Source: a virus
Lineage: Duplodnaviria > Caudoviricetes
Direction: 5' to 3' (one strand)
Virus record (IMG/VR): IMGVR_UViG_3300043411_000841
Coordinates: 1-40,487 of that record
Length of the DNA: 40,487 nt
In this document: positions 1 through 8,836 of the stretch, in pieces
How positions within the stretch are numbered: the first letter of the stretch is position 1
Layout of the letters: each line of letters opens with the position of its first letter
The notes under the pieces: generated by a model
The model's database searches: none
What the model saw: only the letters and a program-made list of their open reading frames with translations
What the model was told of the DNA's origin: nothing
Made by a program: the position numbers and the translations under genes

Positions 1-29
1 AATACAACACCCTTGTGTTAGCTTTATCC

Positions 30-1025
30 GTGGAGATACCGGCATCATATACGATTTCTAAATTTAGGCAGTATTGTGGAAAAACTGTTCAGACTTCAAA
101 ATATCTGAACGGTTCATGTCCTATTTGCAGGGAAGGAAAATCTTGGGGAAGAAAAAGAAGATTGTATTATATGTTTCAGGGTGATTATCTATACTGCCAA
201 AACTGTTCTGGCAGTTGGACACCATATTTTTGGATAAAAGAAGTGACTGGAATGTCATGGTCTGATATAAAAAAAGAGGTGGAAGAATATACTGGTGATC
301 AAATAATATTCACCGATTTTTCACAACCTAGTGCTGAATATTCACCTGATATTCCGGTGCTCCCTGGTGAATGTGTTAATATAGGCGATCCAAATCAATT
401 ACGGTATTATATTGAGAACCCGGTCATAAACAAGGCTATTGATTATATTCGCAAAAGACGGTTGGATACCGCACTATTTTCACCAAAGACCTATTATGTA
501 TGTCTGAACGACAAATATAATAAGAATCGGCTGATTATTCCGTATTTTGATGAATATGGTCGGATTGAAACATATATTGGTCGAACGTTCTTACCAAATG
601 ATGAACGACGAAAATATCAATTGAAGTTTAATAGTCCAAAAGGAGTTTTTAATCTTAATAAAATTGATATTGATTTCCCTTATATATTTCCAATTGAAGG
701 CCCTATTGATACCATGTTTTTGAGAAACGGTGTCGGAATATCCGGCACATCAATGACTACAAATCAAGAAGAACGAATAAATGCGGTTCATCCTGAGCAC
801 AAAAAAATATGGGTATTTGACAACCAACGAACTGAAGGTGAAGAAGTTCGGAATAAAATAGTGGATAAAATCAAAGAAGGAGAAACTGTTTTTATGTGGG
901 AAGAAGAATTTGAAAATTATAAAGATCTTAATGTCTATTGTGTAGAAAAAAAGCTGGATCAGGTAGATCCAGCTTTAATTGAGAAATATAGTTATTCGGG
1001 TGAACGAGCGTTACTTAGACTTTAG
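30..1025 (+). CDS. gp61: T4-like DNA primase
   Basis: N-terminal Zn finger (CPICREG...CQNC), RLIIPYF, Toprim motifs IEGPIDTMF and WVFDN. The ORF track starts at 15, but GTG at 30 lies 5 nt after a TG-T-TAGCTT -10-like box, matching other starts in the window. Confidence 0.9.
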   Translation: MEIPASYTISKFRQYCGKTVQTSKYLNGSCPICREGKSWGRKRRLYYMFQGDYLYCQNCSGSWTPYFWIKEVTGMSWSDIKKEVEEYTGDQIIFTDFSQPSAEYSPDIPVLPGECVNIGDPNQLRYYIENPVINKAIDYIRKRRLDTALFSPKTYYVCLNDKYNKNRLIIPYFDEYGRIETYIGRTFLPNDERRKYQLKFNSPKGVFNLNKIDIDFPYIFPIEGPIDTMFLRNGVGISGTSMTTNQEERINAVHPEHKKIWVFDNQRTEGEEVRNKIVDKIKEGETVFMWEEEFENYKDLNVYCVEKKLDQVDPALIEKYSYSGERALLRL

Positions 1026-1578
1026 AGTGCTGTGCATTTTTATTTGGCACAGGACCATCTTCAGATGGTGCGGAAACGTCACCGATAAAATCCGTAATCT
1101 TGGCTTTAAGTGTCGCAAATTTACCTTCTAGTTCTTCAACAGCAGTCGTAAACTCTGCAAGTTCAGAATGAAGTTTTTCAAAGGCCGAATTTTTAGCCGG
1201 ATCGGTCGCAATAGTCATTGCAATAACAGCAGGTGCATCGTTTGAAAGTTGATCAAGTTTAGCACCTTTATAGGTGTTAACCTTATCAATTTCTTTGAAA
1301 ATTGTGCCAACATTCCCTTTGATCTGACCAAAGGTTGAGGTCTTGACTGCATCAGGTGCAAGTTTATTTGCAAAACCTTGGATTTGATCCATGAAACGCT
1401 TCACAATCGCATCTTTGTGTTGAGAAATCCCTTCAACATCAAATGCATCTGGATCAGTGTCATCATCAGCAAAATCTGCGACTCCTTGATCCATATCCAT
1501 ATTATTAGCTGGACCAGGAAGCATAGGATTTTCTAACAGCACGCGATCAAAAGTTTTTTTCCAAAATGAATTTGACAT
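1015..1578 (-). CDS. acidic hypothetical protein, probable internal head protein
   Basis: TAAATA 7 nt before ATG 1578; N-terminus MSNSFWKKTFDRVLLE resembles a capsid-targeting propeptide ending in LLE; acidic low-complexity stretch. Confidence 0.5.
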   Translation of the reverse strand: MSNSFWKKTFDRVLLENPMLPGPANNMDMDQGVADFADDDTDPDAFDVEGISQHKDAIVKRFMDQIQGFANKLAPDAVKTSTFGQIKGNVGTIFKEIDKVNTYKGAKLDQLSNDAPAVIAMTIATDPAKNSAFEKLHSELAEFTTAVEELEGKFATLKAKITDFIGDVSAPSEDGPVPNKNAQHSKV

Positions 1579-1611
1579 ATTCATTTATTTATCAAAAAAG
1601 AAATAAAGTTG

Positions 1612-1640
1612 TTGACTCGTATATCACTATCTGTTATAAT
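1612..1640 (+). promoter_or_regulatory. sigma70-type early promoter
   Basis: TTGACT-N17-TATAAT with extended -10 TG; ATG 5 nt downstream. Confidence 0.8.
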
Positions 1641-1645
1641 GGTGA

Positions 1646-2365
1646 ATGTTAGTAGTTGTAGCCACACCAAAAAATAGCGAAGAATACTGGAATAGTGTTC
1701 CAGGTAGATGTTTATCTACGATTGCAAACAAAAATCACAATTTTAAGACCAAAATAGTATATAATAATACTGACGGACTTCCATATGTGTATAACAATGT
1801 TGCTGGAGACTTAGAAGAAGACATTGCCTTCAACTATTGCTTCAATGATAATATTTGTGTATTCATACACGATGATGTTGAAATACATGACCTATTCTTT
1901 TATGAAAAGTTAAAGAAAGCGCATGAAACATATGATATCGTGGGTGTAGCAGGCGCAACAAAACAGGTTTATACAAAAGATAAACCGTCTTTATGGCACA
2001 TGGCGTGTGATAATTTTATATGGGGAACAAACGGAAGACCCGGAGATGGTAGAGGATTTATCACAACTCCATCAAATGGGTTTTTAACCCAAACCTTTTT
2101 TGGCCCAACTCCTGCGGAAACTGCGATGATTGACGGTTGTTTTATGTCAGTCAATATAAAACGTGCTAAAGAAGTCGGATTGACTTTTGATGAAGATTTT
2201 GACTTTCACCACTATGATTTACAACTGGCCCTTGACTCTATAAAATTGGGATTGAAAATTGGTGTATATCCTATATATGTGATTCACCACAGTCCAGGAC
2301 TACTGAGTTTGCAGGACGAAAAGTTTGTAAAAAGCGATAAAAAATTTAAAGAAAAAGTATTATGA
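1646..2365 (+). CDS. GT-A fold (GT2-like) glycosyltransferase
   Basis: VFIHDDV (DxD-like), DIVGVAG, IDGCFM and FDEDFDFHHYDL motifs. Confidence 0.75.
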   Translation: MLVVVATPKNSEEYWNSVPGRCLSTIANKNHNFKTKIVYNNTDGLPYVYNNVAGDLEEDIAFNYCFNDNICVFIHDDVEIHDLFFYEKLKKAHETYDIVGVAGATKQVYTKDKPSLWHMACDNFIWGTNGRPGDGRGFITTPSNGFLTQTFFGPTPAETAMIDGCFMSVNIKRAKEVGLTFDEDFDFHHYDLQLALDSIKLGLKIGVYPIYVIHHSPGLLSLQDEKFVKSDKKFKEKVL

Positions 2366-2568
2366 ATAAAGTATTATATACATGGGACCATATAATTGAT
2401 GAGAACGGTAAGACATATCAGGAATGGATCACTGAGGAAGAAGCAGTCGCAAATAATAAGATTAAGAGCGATATGTTGGAAACCTTGTCCAAACTTTCAG
2501 CACAACATCAGAAAAGAATGGAAGAATGGAAGAGTTGTATGACGCCCAACAATGAAAACAATATTTGA
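2362..2568 (+). CDS. hypothetical protein
   Basis: ATGA overlap with upstream gene; overlaps next start. Confidence 0.6.
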   Translation: MNKVLYTWDHIIDENGKTYQEWITEEEAVANNKIKSDMLETLSKLSAQHQKRMEEWKSCMTPNNENNI

Positions 2569-2935
2569 TGTAATTGATCAGATTGTCTCGGATAAAAAGC
2601 CTTATCAATTAAAACCTGATGATGAATTTTCACCTTATGTAGTCCAACGTGGATTTTCCATGATAAATCCGCAGACCGCAGATATTCTCAATCAGACGAC
2701 GAATATTCTACATAAAAGCGCGGATAATCAAATGTTTTTTGATCTGTGCCGAATGTTGACTCCTAAAGTAAAGGGTAGAATTCCGTGGATAAAAAAGACA
2801 CCAAAAGAGGGGTCGAAGAATATTTCGCCTTCTAAGATAAAGGAGTTAGCTATTATATTGGAACGAAGTGAGACTACGATTCGATCATATCTGGAAGTTG
2901 ATCCTAATTTTTTAGATCAATATTTAGAAAAATGA
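2552..2935 (+). CDS. gp62: clamp loader small subunit (gp62-like)
   Basis: IFDVIDQI...FSPYVVQRGFSM...PWIKK pattern typical of T4-like gp62; size fits. Confidence 0.7.
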   Translation: MKTIFDVIDQIVSDKKPYQLKPDDEFSPYVVQRGFSMINPQTADILNQTTNILHKSADNQMFFDLCRMLTPKVKGRIPWIKKTPKEGSKNISPSKIKELAIILERSETTIRSYLEVDPNFLDQYLEK

Positions 2936-3228
2936 ATACTGTTGTTAATATAAAAACCGGAAAACCATATGATTTATATATTGGACGGGAAAACAGATCA
3001 TATGGTTTAAAGGCATCAAAATGGGCAAACCCGTATATAATAGGAAAATATACGAGAGATGAATCATGTGATTTATATATTAAATATGTGAGAGAAGGAC
3101 CCCTGTGGAATGATTTAGAAGAACTTGAGGGATTGGTATTAGCATGTTGGTGTAACACGATAGAACGCTGCCACGGCAAAGAATTGATAAAATTGTTAGC
3201 AGAAAAAAAGTATAACGAAATATCTTGA
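2932..3228 (+). CDS. DUF4326-family protein
   Basis: YDLYIGR, SKWANPY, LEGLVLACWC and CHG motifs. Confidence 0.85.
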   Translation: MNTVVNIKTGKPYDLYIGRENRSYGLKASKWANPYIIGKYTRDESCDLYIKYVREGPLWNDLEELEGLVLACWCNTIERCHGKELIKLLAEKKYNEIS

Positions 3229-3258
3229 AAAGGGTTAAAATGATTTTAAGTAAAGATC

Positions 3259-3657
3259 ATGGCAGACAACCCGAACGAATTAGTAAATTACAACATAGAT
3301 TATAAAAATTGGAATATCAAACAATGTCAAGGTCCATGGCTATGGCTTTTGATGGTGGATGAACCGGACTCTGAGTATATTACACTTGGAAGCGGACTCC
3401 AGGTTAAGACCCAAGAACATGTAAAAAATGCATTTCGTGTTGTAAAAGTTATTAAGAGTGGTCCTGATTGTAAAGTTGCAAAAGAAGGTGATTTCGTGTT
3501 GATTCCGCCCGGTAATTTTATGGCAGGGCATAAAACAAAGGACGGTCATAAAACAGCATTCATCCGCGAAGAAATGATTTTGGGAACTTTGGAGTTCGAT
3601 GGAACTAAAGATGAAATGATTCGTGCAATCAAAGAACAACTACAGACTGGAATATAA
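3259..3657 (+). CDS. groES: GroES-like co-chaperonin (functional analogue of T4 gp31)
   Basis: TLGSGL mobile-loop-like segment, VIKSGPDCKVAKEGDFVL and FIREEMILG; TAAGTA 6 nt upstream. Confidence 0.7.
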   Translation: MADNPNELVNYNIDYKNWNIKQCQGPWLWLLMVDEPDSEYITLGSGLQVKTQEHVKNAFRVVKVIKSGPDCKVAKEGDFVLIPPGNFMAGHKTKDGHKTAFIREEMILGTLEFDGTKDEMIRAIKEQLQTGI

Positions 3658-3659
3658 TA

Positions 3660-3912
3660 ATGTCACGTTTTGGTCCAAAAAATAACAGAATTAGATATCC
3701 AAATCGCATTGTGGAAAGACCTTCAATCAAGTCGCGATCTGGTAATGCCAAATTATACGCCTAAAAAGTGGTTTGAGTGCGATGTGATGGCGGTCACAAA
3801 AGCAGGATATCTGGAGGAATATGAGATAAAATTATCAGCCAGTGATTTCAAAGCAGATGCCAAAAAATGTGCGGTTGATGGATATTGTATTGATTTTAAT
3901 TCAATCCATTAA
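3660..3912 (+). pseudogene. truncated PD-(D/E)XK (MmcB-like) nuclease gene disrupted at the IS607 left end
   Basis: FECDVMAVTKAGYLEEYEIKLSASDFKAD motif, then a stop just before tnpA. ATG 3660 (MSRFGPK) is out of frame by one base at an A6 run (3677-3682). Confidence 0.6.
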
Positions 3913-3939
3913 AAGGAATTAGAAAAATTTAACAGAAAG

Positions 3940-3947
3940 TATAAATA
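3940..3947 (+). promoter_or_regulatory. T4-type late promoter before tnpA
   Basis: TATAAATA, 6 nt before ATG 3954. Confidence 0.55.
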
Positions 3948-3953
3948 GTTTTT

Positions 3954-4568
3954 ATGACTTCCAAAGAAGTATTGAAACTATTAAAGGTTACTAGACCGAC
4001 TCTGACTTCCTATGTAAAAAACGGAAAAGTCAGAGTTGAACCATTACATAATGGTTATTATAATTATAATAAGGAAGATGTGTTTAAATTGTTGAGCAAA
4101 GATGTTGTTAGAAAAAATATCATATATTCCAGAGTTTCCACTAAAAAACAGAAAAATGATTTAGCAAATCAAGAACAAACATTAATACAATTTTGTAATA
4201 AGTCAGGCTATACCATTCATGATTCGTATAAAGATATTTCTTCTGGAATGAATTTTGAAAGAAAAGGTTTTAATCAAATTTTAGATGATTTGTTTGAATT
4301 TAAAATAGATAAACTTTTTATAACATATAAAGATCGTTTATCCAGACTATCGTTTGATATGATCAAAACTGTTTTTAAAGAATTTGGATGTGATATAGTC
4401 GTTATTAACGATATTGATGATCCAAAGACTGTTGAAAAGGAAATATTCAATGAAATTATTTCAATAATACATTGTTTCTCAATGAAATTATATTCCAGTA
4501 GAAGAAGAGAAAAATTTAAACTTCTTGAGAAAGATCTACAAATGGAAGAGGATGCAATTAGTTTATAA
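3954..4568 (+). CDS. tnpA: IS607 transposase (N-terminal HTH plus serine recombinase)
   Basis: N-terminal MerR-like HTH; IYSRVSTKKQKNDL catalytic Ser motif; DISSGMNFERKG; YKDRLSR. Confidence 0.95.
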   Translation: MTSKEVLKLLKVTRPTLTSYVKNGKVRVEPLHNGYYNYNKEDVFKLLSKDVVRKNIIYSRVSTKKQKNDLANQEQTLIQFCNKSGYTIHDSYKDISSGMNFERKGFNQILDDLFEFKIDKLFITYKDRLSRLSFDMIKTVFKEFGCDIVVINDIDDPKTVEKEIFNEIISIIHCFSMKLYSSRRREKFKLLEKDLQMEEDAISL

Positions 4569-5817
4569 ATTTAATCATTATAAAAATAATGAAAAGCTGG
4601 ATATATTATCTAAAACGTGTAATGATCTATATAATCAAACACTGTATTTGATTAAAAACCACTTTGAGAAAACTGGAAAATATTTGTCGGCATTTGAAAT
4701 GGATAAAATAATGAAAGTAACTCCTAATTTGGATGGGGAAATAAATTATAAATTGTTGAAAGCACAATCTTCTCAACAAGTTTTAAAGATACTAGATAAA
4801 AATTTTAAATCATATTTTAAATCAATAAAGGATTGGAAGAAAAATCCATCAAAATATAAAGGAATGCCAAAACCGCCAAGTTTTAAGAAATCTGGAGACA
4901 GATCAATCATTTATTACACCAATCAAAATTGTAAAATTAAAGGTAATCTATTGATTTTAGACAAAGATTTGATTATAAATTTACCACAAAACAAAGAATT
5001 TAAGCAATTCAATCAAGTTAGAATTATGCCAAAGAAAAATTATTATGAAATAGAAATTGTATACGAAAGAATGGAAGCGCCAAAGATTGATTCCGGTAAT
5101 GTTGCCAGTATTGATTTTGGCATCAATAACATAGTAACTATGATTTCTAATTTAGAAAGACCAATAATTATCAATGGTAAACAAATAAAAGACTTTAATC
5201 AGTTATACAATAAACAAAAAAGTAGGTTGGTTAGCATTAAAGATAAAATGAAAGTAAAAGGATATACGAAGAAATTATATGAAATAGAAACCAAAAGAAA
5301 CAATAAAATGAAAGATATGATGCATAAAATTAGTGCATTTATAGTTAATTACTGTAAAGTAAAGAATGTAGGTAAATTAGTTGTAGGTTATAATAAATCG
5401 TGGAAGACCCACATTAATCTTGGAAACAAGACAAACCAGACATTTACACAAATTCCTTTTGCTAAACTTTTACAGATGTTAAATTATAAATGTAAATTGA
5501 TTGGATGCGAATTAGTAGAAACAGAAGAATCATATACATCTAAATGCGATCATTTAGCAGATGAAGAAATGAAACACCACAAAGAATATAGAGGTAAACG
5601 CATTAAAAGAGGTTTATTTCGTTCCAGTATTGGTAAAGTATTGAATTCAGATGTAAACGGTGCATTAGGAATTATGAAAAAAGTAGTTGATAAATCTTTC
5701 GTAAGAAAAATAATCAATAGTGGGTTCTTGTTTAACCCAGTTAAGATAAGGAATGTGTTTGAAATAAACAGATTTAATCTCTTGACAAACAGTTCTAATT
5801 GTGTTAATATCCTTTAA
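4552..5817 (+). CDS. tnpB: TnpB RNA-guided nuclease with rearranged RuvC-II
   Basis: RuvC-I SIDFGINN; RuvC-II LVVGYN with downstream EESYTSK; RuvC-III NSDVNGA. Likely start is ATG 4552, overlapping the end of tnpA. Confidence 0.92.
   Translation: MQLVYKFNHYKNNEKLDILSKTCNDLYNQTLYLIKNHFEKTGKYLSAFEMDKIMKVTPNLDGEINYKLLKAQSSQQVLKILDKNFKSYFKSIKDWKKNPSKYKGMPKPPSFKKSGDRSIIYYTNQNCKIKGNLLILDKDLIINLPQNKEFKQFNQVRIMPKKNYYEIEIVYERMEAPKIDSGNVASIDFGINNIVTMISNLERPIIINGKQIKDFNQLYNKQKSRLVSIKDKMKVKGYTKKLYEIETKRNNKMKDMMHKISAFIVNYCKVKNVGKLVVGYNKSWKTHINLGNKTNQTFTQIPFAKLLQMLNYKCKLIGCELVETEESYTSKCDHLADEEMKHHKEYRGKRIKRGLFRSSIGKVLNSDVNGALGIMKKVVDKSFVRKIINSGFLFNPVKIRNVFEINRFNLLTNSSNCVNIL
5680..5780 (+). ncRNA. putative TnpB omegaRNA (reRNA) scaffold region
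   Basis: Expected by family knowledge at the tnpB 3' end; short hairpins TGGGTT..AACCCA (about 5721-5740) and TGTTT..AAACA (about 5756-5770). Boundaries are inferred. Confidence 0.35.
5782..5810 (+). promoter_or_regulatory. sigma70-type promoter
   Basis: TTGACA-N17-TAATAT with extended TG; ATG 5817 is 6 nt downstream. Confidence 0.65.
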
Positions 5818-5912
5818 TGGAAATTAATACAATGAATAGAAAAGATAACATGGATAAATGTGTTAAACGTGAATTACGAAGGATAGAAACCTATAATAAA
5901 TATCTGAAGTGA
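5817..5912 (+). CDS. 31-aa small protein (not in ORF track)
   Basis: MEINTMNRKDNMDKCVKRELRRIETYNKYLK; directly follows a promoter; GTGA overlap with next gene. Confidence 0.4.
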   Translation: MEINTMNRKDNMDKCVKRELRRIETYNKYLK

Positions 5913-6454
5913 ACAATGCACAACTACAGCACATAATTGGAACACACGTAGTTGAATTAGAGTTTACTAGGCGTCATCCAAAATTAGGATGGTCAGATAT
6001 AAGAGGTTTGTTTGGAACAACAAATCCGCAATTATTAAACAGTGATTTTGGATTTCAAGTGCTAAGATTTAGTCCTCCATCTGGAGCCGGAATGTCATAT
6101 GATTATAAATCTAAAGGGTTGTGTGTTGCATGGGATATCTTTAGACAAGATTTTCGAGTATTTGGATCAGAACAGATAAGTTGGCATAGAAAATGGCCGT
6201 TAACGACCGAAGAAGAGATTGAGGAATTTAAGCAATATTTTTATGATTATATCATAAATTTAAGTCAAGATAATAGGCTCAAATTTATGGGATATACTGG
6301 AATGGAAGCTGCACAACCAAAACCAGGAATTCCATCAACTCCATCCGCCCAATCTAAATGGAAAAAAGTGATGAATTTTCTTCAAAACAAAGTGGAAGGG
6401 TTTAAATCTGGTTGGAAAAAGTTTTTCAAAAAATCTAGAACTGGTATTAATTAA
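5909..6454 (+). CDS. WYL_2/DUF2693-like Sm/SH3-fold protein
   Basis: VVELEFTRR..RGLFGTTNP..VAWDIFRQDFR pattern; TAAATA 6 nt before GTG. Confidence 0.5.
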   Translation: MNNAQLQHIIGTHVVELEFTRRHPKLGWSDIRGLFGTTNPQLLNSDFGFQVLRFSPPSGAGMSYDYKSKGLCVAWDIFRQDFRVFGSEQISWHRKWPLTTEEEIEEFKQYFYDYIINLSQDNRLKFMGYTGMEAAQPKPGIPSTPSAQSKWKKVMNFLQNKVEGFKSGWKKFFKKSRTGIN

Positions 6455-6471
6455 TTCTAAATATTCTTCAC

Positions 6472-6843
6472 ATGGTAGAAAATGAATTAGAATCTATATT
6501 AAAACGATATTTCCAACAAAAAATAGAGATTCGTATAGGAGAAGAATTGATAAAATCCGGACAATTTTTATTGTTCCAAAACTCGTTAGATAACAGTAAT
6601 TATTTTTTTGCCCTGAGTATAAAACGTAAAGATAAAATAGATTTGATTAAAATTCCATATCCCTATGCAATAGATGAATATGAAGACGAGGGGTTGCTTT
6701 ATTTAGATTATAGAACACAGACATTGGTTAAAAACAATGTGGAGCTTCTGGCAAAATTAAATGCATATACTGCCACACAATTAGAAGAAAAAAGTAAATT
6801 TTTTGATAAAATAGTAGAAATTCAATTCACCGATGCAAAATAA
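6472..6843 (+). CDS. hypothetical protein
   Basis: 123-aa ORF, TAAATA 8 nt upstream. Confidence 0.7.
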   Translation: MVENELESILKRYFQQKIEIRIGEELIKSGQFLLFQNSLDNSNYFFALSIKRKDKIDLIKIPYPYAIDEYEDEGLLYLDYRTQTLVKNNVELLAKLNAYTATQLEEKSKFFDKIVEIQFTDAK

Positions 6844-7090
6844 TAAATGGTTCTTTTCACTTAAATCTGGAGAAATATATGAGATTCCGCTGGAAGATAC
6901 TCAGTATCTTGATAACTGGCAAATTCCGCTAAAGGAAAAACCCGGTAAATGTAATAAATGTGATGGAAAGGTCAGAACCAACTATTATATTACAGGTCAA
7001 CGATTTGAAATGTGTAATAAATGTGCCAAGAAATATATTGATCATGAATATATAAAGATGAGAAATCATGGAATCCCCCAAAATCAATAG
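6833..7090 (+). CDS. Zn-ribbon hypothetical protein
   Basis: CNKC...CNKC pair. Confidence 0.6.
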   Translation: MQNNKWFFSLKSGEIYEIPLEDTQYLDNWQIPLKEKPGKCNKCDGKVRTNYYITGQRFEMCNKCAKKYIDHEYIKMRNHGIPQNQ

Positions 7091-7388
7091 TTTTATCTAT
7101 CGTAAAAAACATAAGTATGGTTATCAATACTTTTATGTGGATTTGATTACAGAAAAACAAAAAGAATTATCTAGTCAAGTCGAGGGATTTGTTCATGCAG
7201 ATGATGAAGTTACTTTAACTGATATCGAAAATCTTGGTGACGGAAAATACAAGGTTTTGCCTATTGCAGTATCAAACATAACCTTTGATGGATCACCTAT
7301 ACCAGCAGCCAGCATAACAGTTGATTCACTTATTGATATTGTTTTACGTGCAGCCGCACTCACATTAAAACGTAATAAGATTGGCTAA
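7068..7388 (+). CDS. hypothetical protein
   Basis: 106-aa ORF overlapping upstream gene. Confidence 0.6.
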   Translation: MESPKINSFIYRKKHKYGYQYFYVDLITEKQKELSSQVEGFVHADDEVTLTDIENLGDGKYKVLPIAVSNITFDGSPIPAASITVDSLIDIVLRAAALTLKRNKIG

Positions 7389-7940
7389 GATAGTTGAATT
7401 ATCATAGTAGAAATCAACTATATTTTTTGCACTAAGATTGATGTTCATGGTAGATACATTATTGGAAAAAGTCCATTGTGTTCCCCATCCGGTTATACTA
7501 ACACTTGATGTTGGAGAGGTCTTAACCAATATTTTACCATATTGGCCGTCAACAATATTTGAAATATTATTAAAGAATCCATTTGCAGTGACCGTCACCA
7601 CCACATTAGAATTATTGTTCGTAAAATCATAACTAATCGTTCCGTCTGTTGCCTGATATATTGTGTTACGGGTAAACGACGGTGTATTTGCCGATACTCC
7701 AGTGATATAACTATATAATGTTGCACTAGCAGAATTTAGTCCAGATGATACAAAACTAGTTTTGGTGTCTATAGAGGTTGATAAAAATGTGGTCTGTGTA
7801 TAGATATCCGAAAATTTGTCAACCGCATATGCTGACAAATTATATAAATTATTGTCCAGTGCAGATGCATTTAGATTAAAAGTTGAGAGCGTATTCCCTA
7901 CACAATTCGTATTAGCCACTATATCAACAAAATAAGTCAT
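7365..7940 (-). CDS. Ser/Thr/Asn-rich virion protein, tail-fibre-like
   Basis: Beta-rich composition, WGTQWTF-type C-terminal domain, TAAATA 7 nt upstream. Confidence 0.5.
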   Translation of the reverse strand: MTYFVDIVANTNCVGNTLSTFNLNASALDNNLYNLSAYAVDKFSDIYTQTTFLSTSIDTKTSFVSSGLNSASATLYSYITGVSANTPSFTRNTIYQATDGTISYDFTNNNSNVVVTVTANGFFNNISNIVDGQYGKILVKTSPTSSVSITGWGTQWTFSNNVSTMNINLSAKNIVDFYYDNSTILANLITF

Positions 7941-7964
7941 TTGGAATTATTTAATGGGGGAAAA

Positions 7965-7998
7965 CAAAAAAGCCACTAGTAATATAGTGGCTTTTTTG
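7965..7998 (-). terminator. rho-independent terminator
   Basis: CAAAAAAGCCACTA-gtaata-TAGTGGCTTTTTTG inverted repeat downstream of the 8019-8759 gene. Confidence 0.8.
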
Positions 7999-8018
7999 GT
8001 TAGTATTTTATGTATGTA

Positions 8019-8759
8019 TTAGAAGAGATCTTCGCCTTTACCACGGCCAAATCCAGTTTTGTTTTTACCAAAATCTGCATCACCGTTACCCTTTACCAAA
8101 TTAGAAGGTGATTGTTTACCTGCTTTTCCGTCACGTTTGTCTTGAGCGCCCTTGTGAGCACCTTCACCGTTATGGCCTTTAGTTGGCTTACCACCGACTT
8201 TCACTTTATCCTTTTTGATATTTCCATTTGCATCTACCAAATCAGTTTTAGGAAGGAGTCCTGCTTTACCAGAATAATCAGCCTGGGCACCTACATGAGC
8301 ACCCGCACCATCAAATCCATAGGATTCAAGTGGGATATCATTCACATCATCTTCACCTTCATCGCCAACATATTCACCATCCAGATCACCAATAAGTGCC
8401 TGAAGTTGGTCAATTACAGCCTGAAGAGATGCTTTCGAAACAGTAATCTGTTCACCTTCATCATCAAATCCCATAGTGTCGTCACCCACACCATCTCCAA
8501 TATCAGCAGCACCATCAAAATCTTCGTTAAAAGTTTTAATTATATCACCAAAAATACTGGAAAACTGTGTAGAATCATTATACATGTCGGGAGTCCATTC
8601 GCCCTTGGTTTTTTTCTTTTTATCCTTTTCCTTTTTATCTTTTTCTTTCTTATCGTCAGATTCGGTTACAACAATAGCTTGCTGTTCAGTCACAGTTGGA
8701 GCACCAACGATGTATTTTTCCATATAAAGGTCACTAAGATTTTTGTCTGTTTTTTCCAT
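8019..8759 (-). CDS. acidic/Gly-rich probable internal head protein with internal repeat
   Basis: LYME, VTE and PLES putative protease sites; duplicated GAHxGAQxxxxGKAG..LVxxNG module; TAAATA upstream. Confidence 0.55.
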   Translation of the reverse strand: MEKTDKNLSDLYMEKYIVGAPTVTEQQAIVVTESDDKKEKDKKEKDKKKKTKGEWTPDMYNDSTQFSSIFGDIIKTFNEDFDGAADIGDGVGDDTMGFDDEGEQITVSKASLQAVIDQLQALIGDLDGEYVGDEGEDDVNDIPLESYGFDGAGAHVGAQADYSGKAGLLPKTDLVDANGNIKKDKVKVGGKPTKGHNGEGAHKGAQDKRDGKAGKQSPSNLVKGNGDADFGKNKTGFGRGKGEDLF

Positions 8760-8836
8760 AGATAAGTTTTATTTATTATAGAATGAATTTTTTCTTAAAT
8801 TGAGGAAACAATTCTTTATTTGTAAGTAATTTTATA

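Larger units (their letters stand above)
3905..5817 (+). mobile_element. IS607-family insertion sequence (ends approximate)
   Basis: Adjacent serine-recombinase tnpA and tnpB; ends could not be fixed precisely. Confidence 0.85.

Noticed and set aside
3873-3953. IStron (group I intron fused to IS607)
   Set aside because: Fewer than 100 nt separate the disrupted gene from tnpA, too little for a group I intron core.
8112-8765. 217-aa plus-strand ORF and similar antisense ORFs (e.g. 3340-3639, 13503-13901, 17390-17878, 23397-23777, 39110-39433)
   Set aside because: Shadow frames opposite well-supported genes, with atypical composition and no promoter signal.
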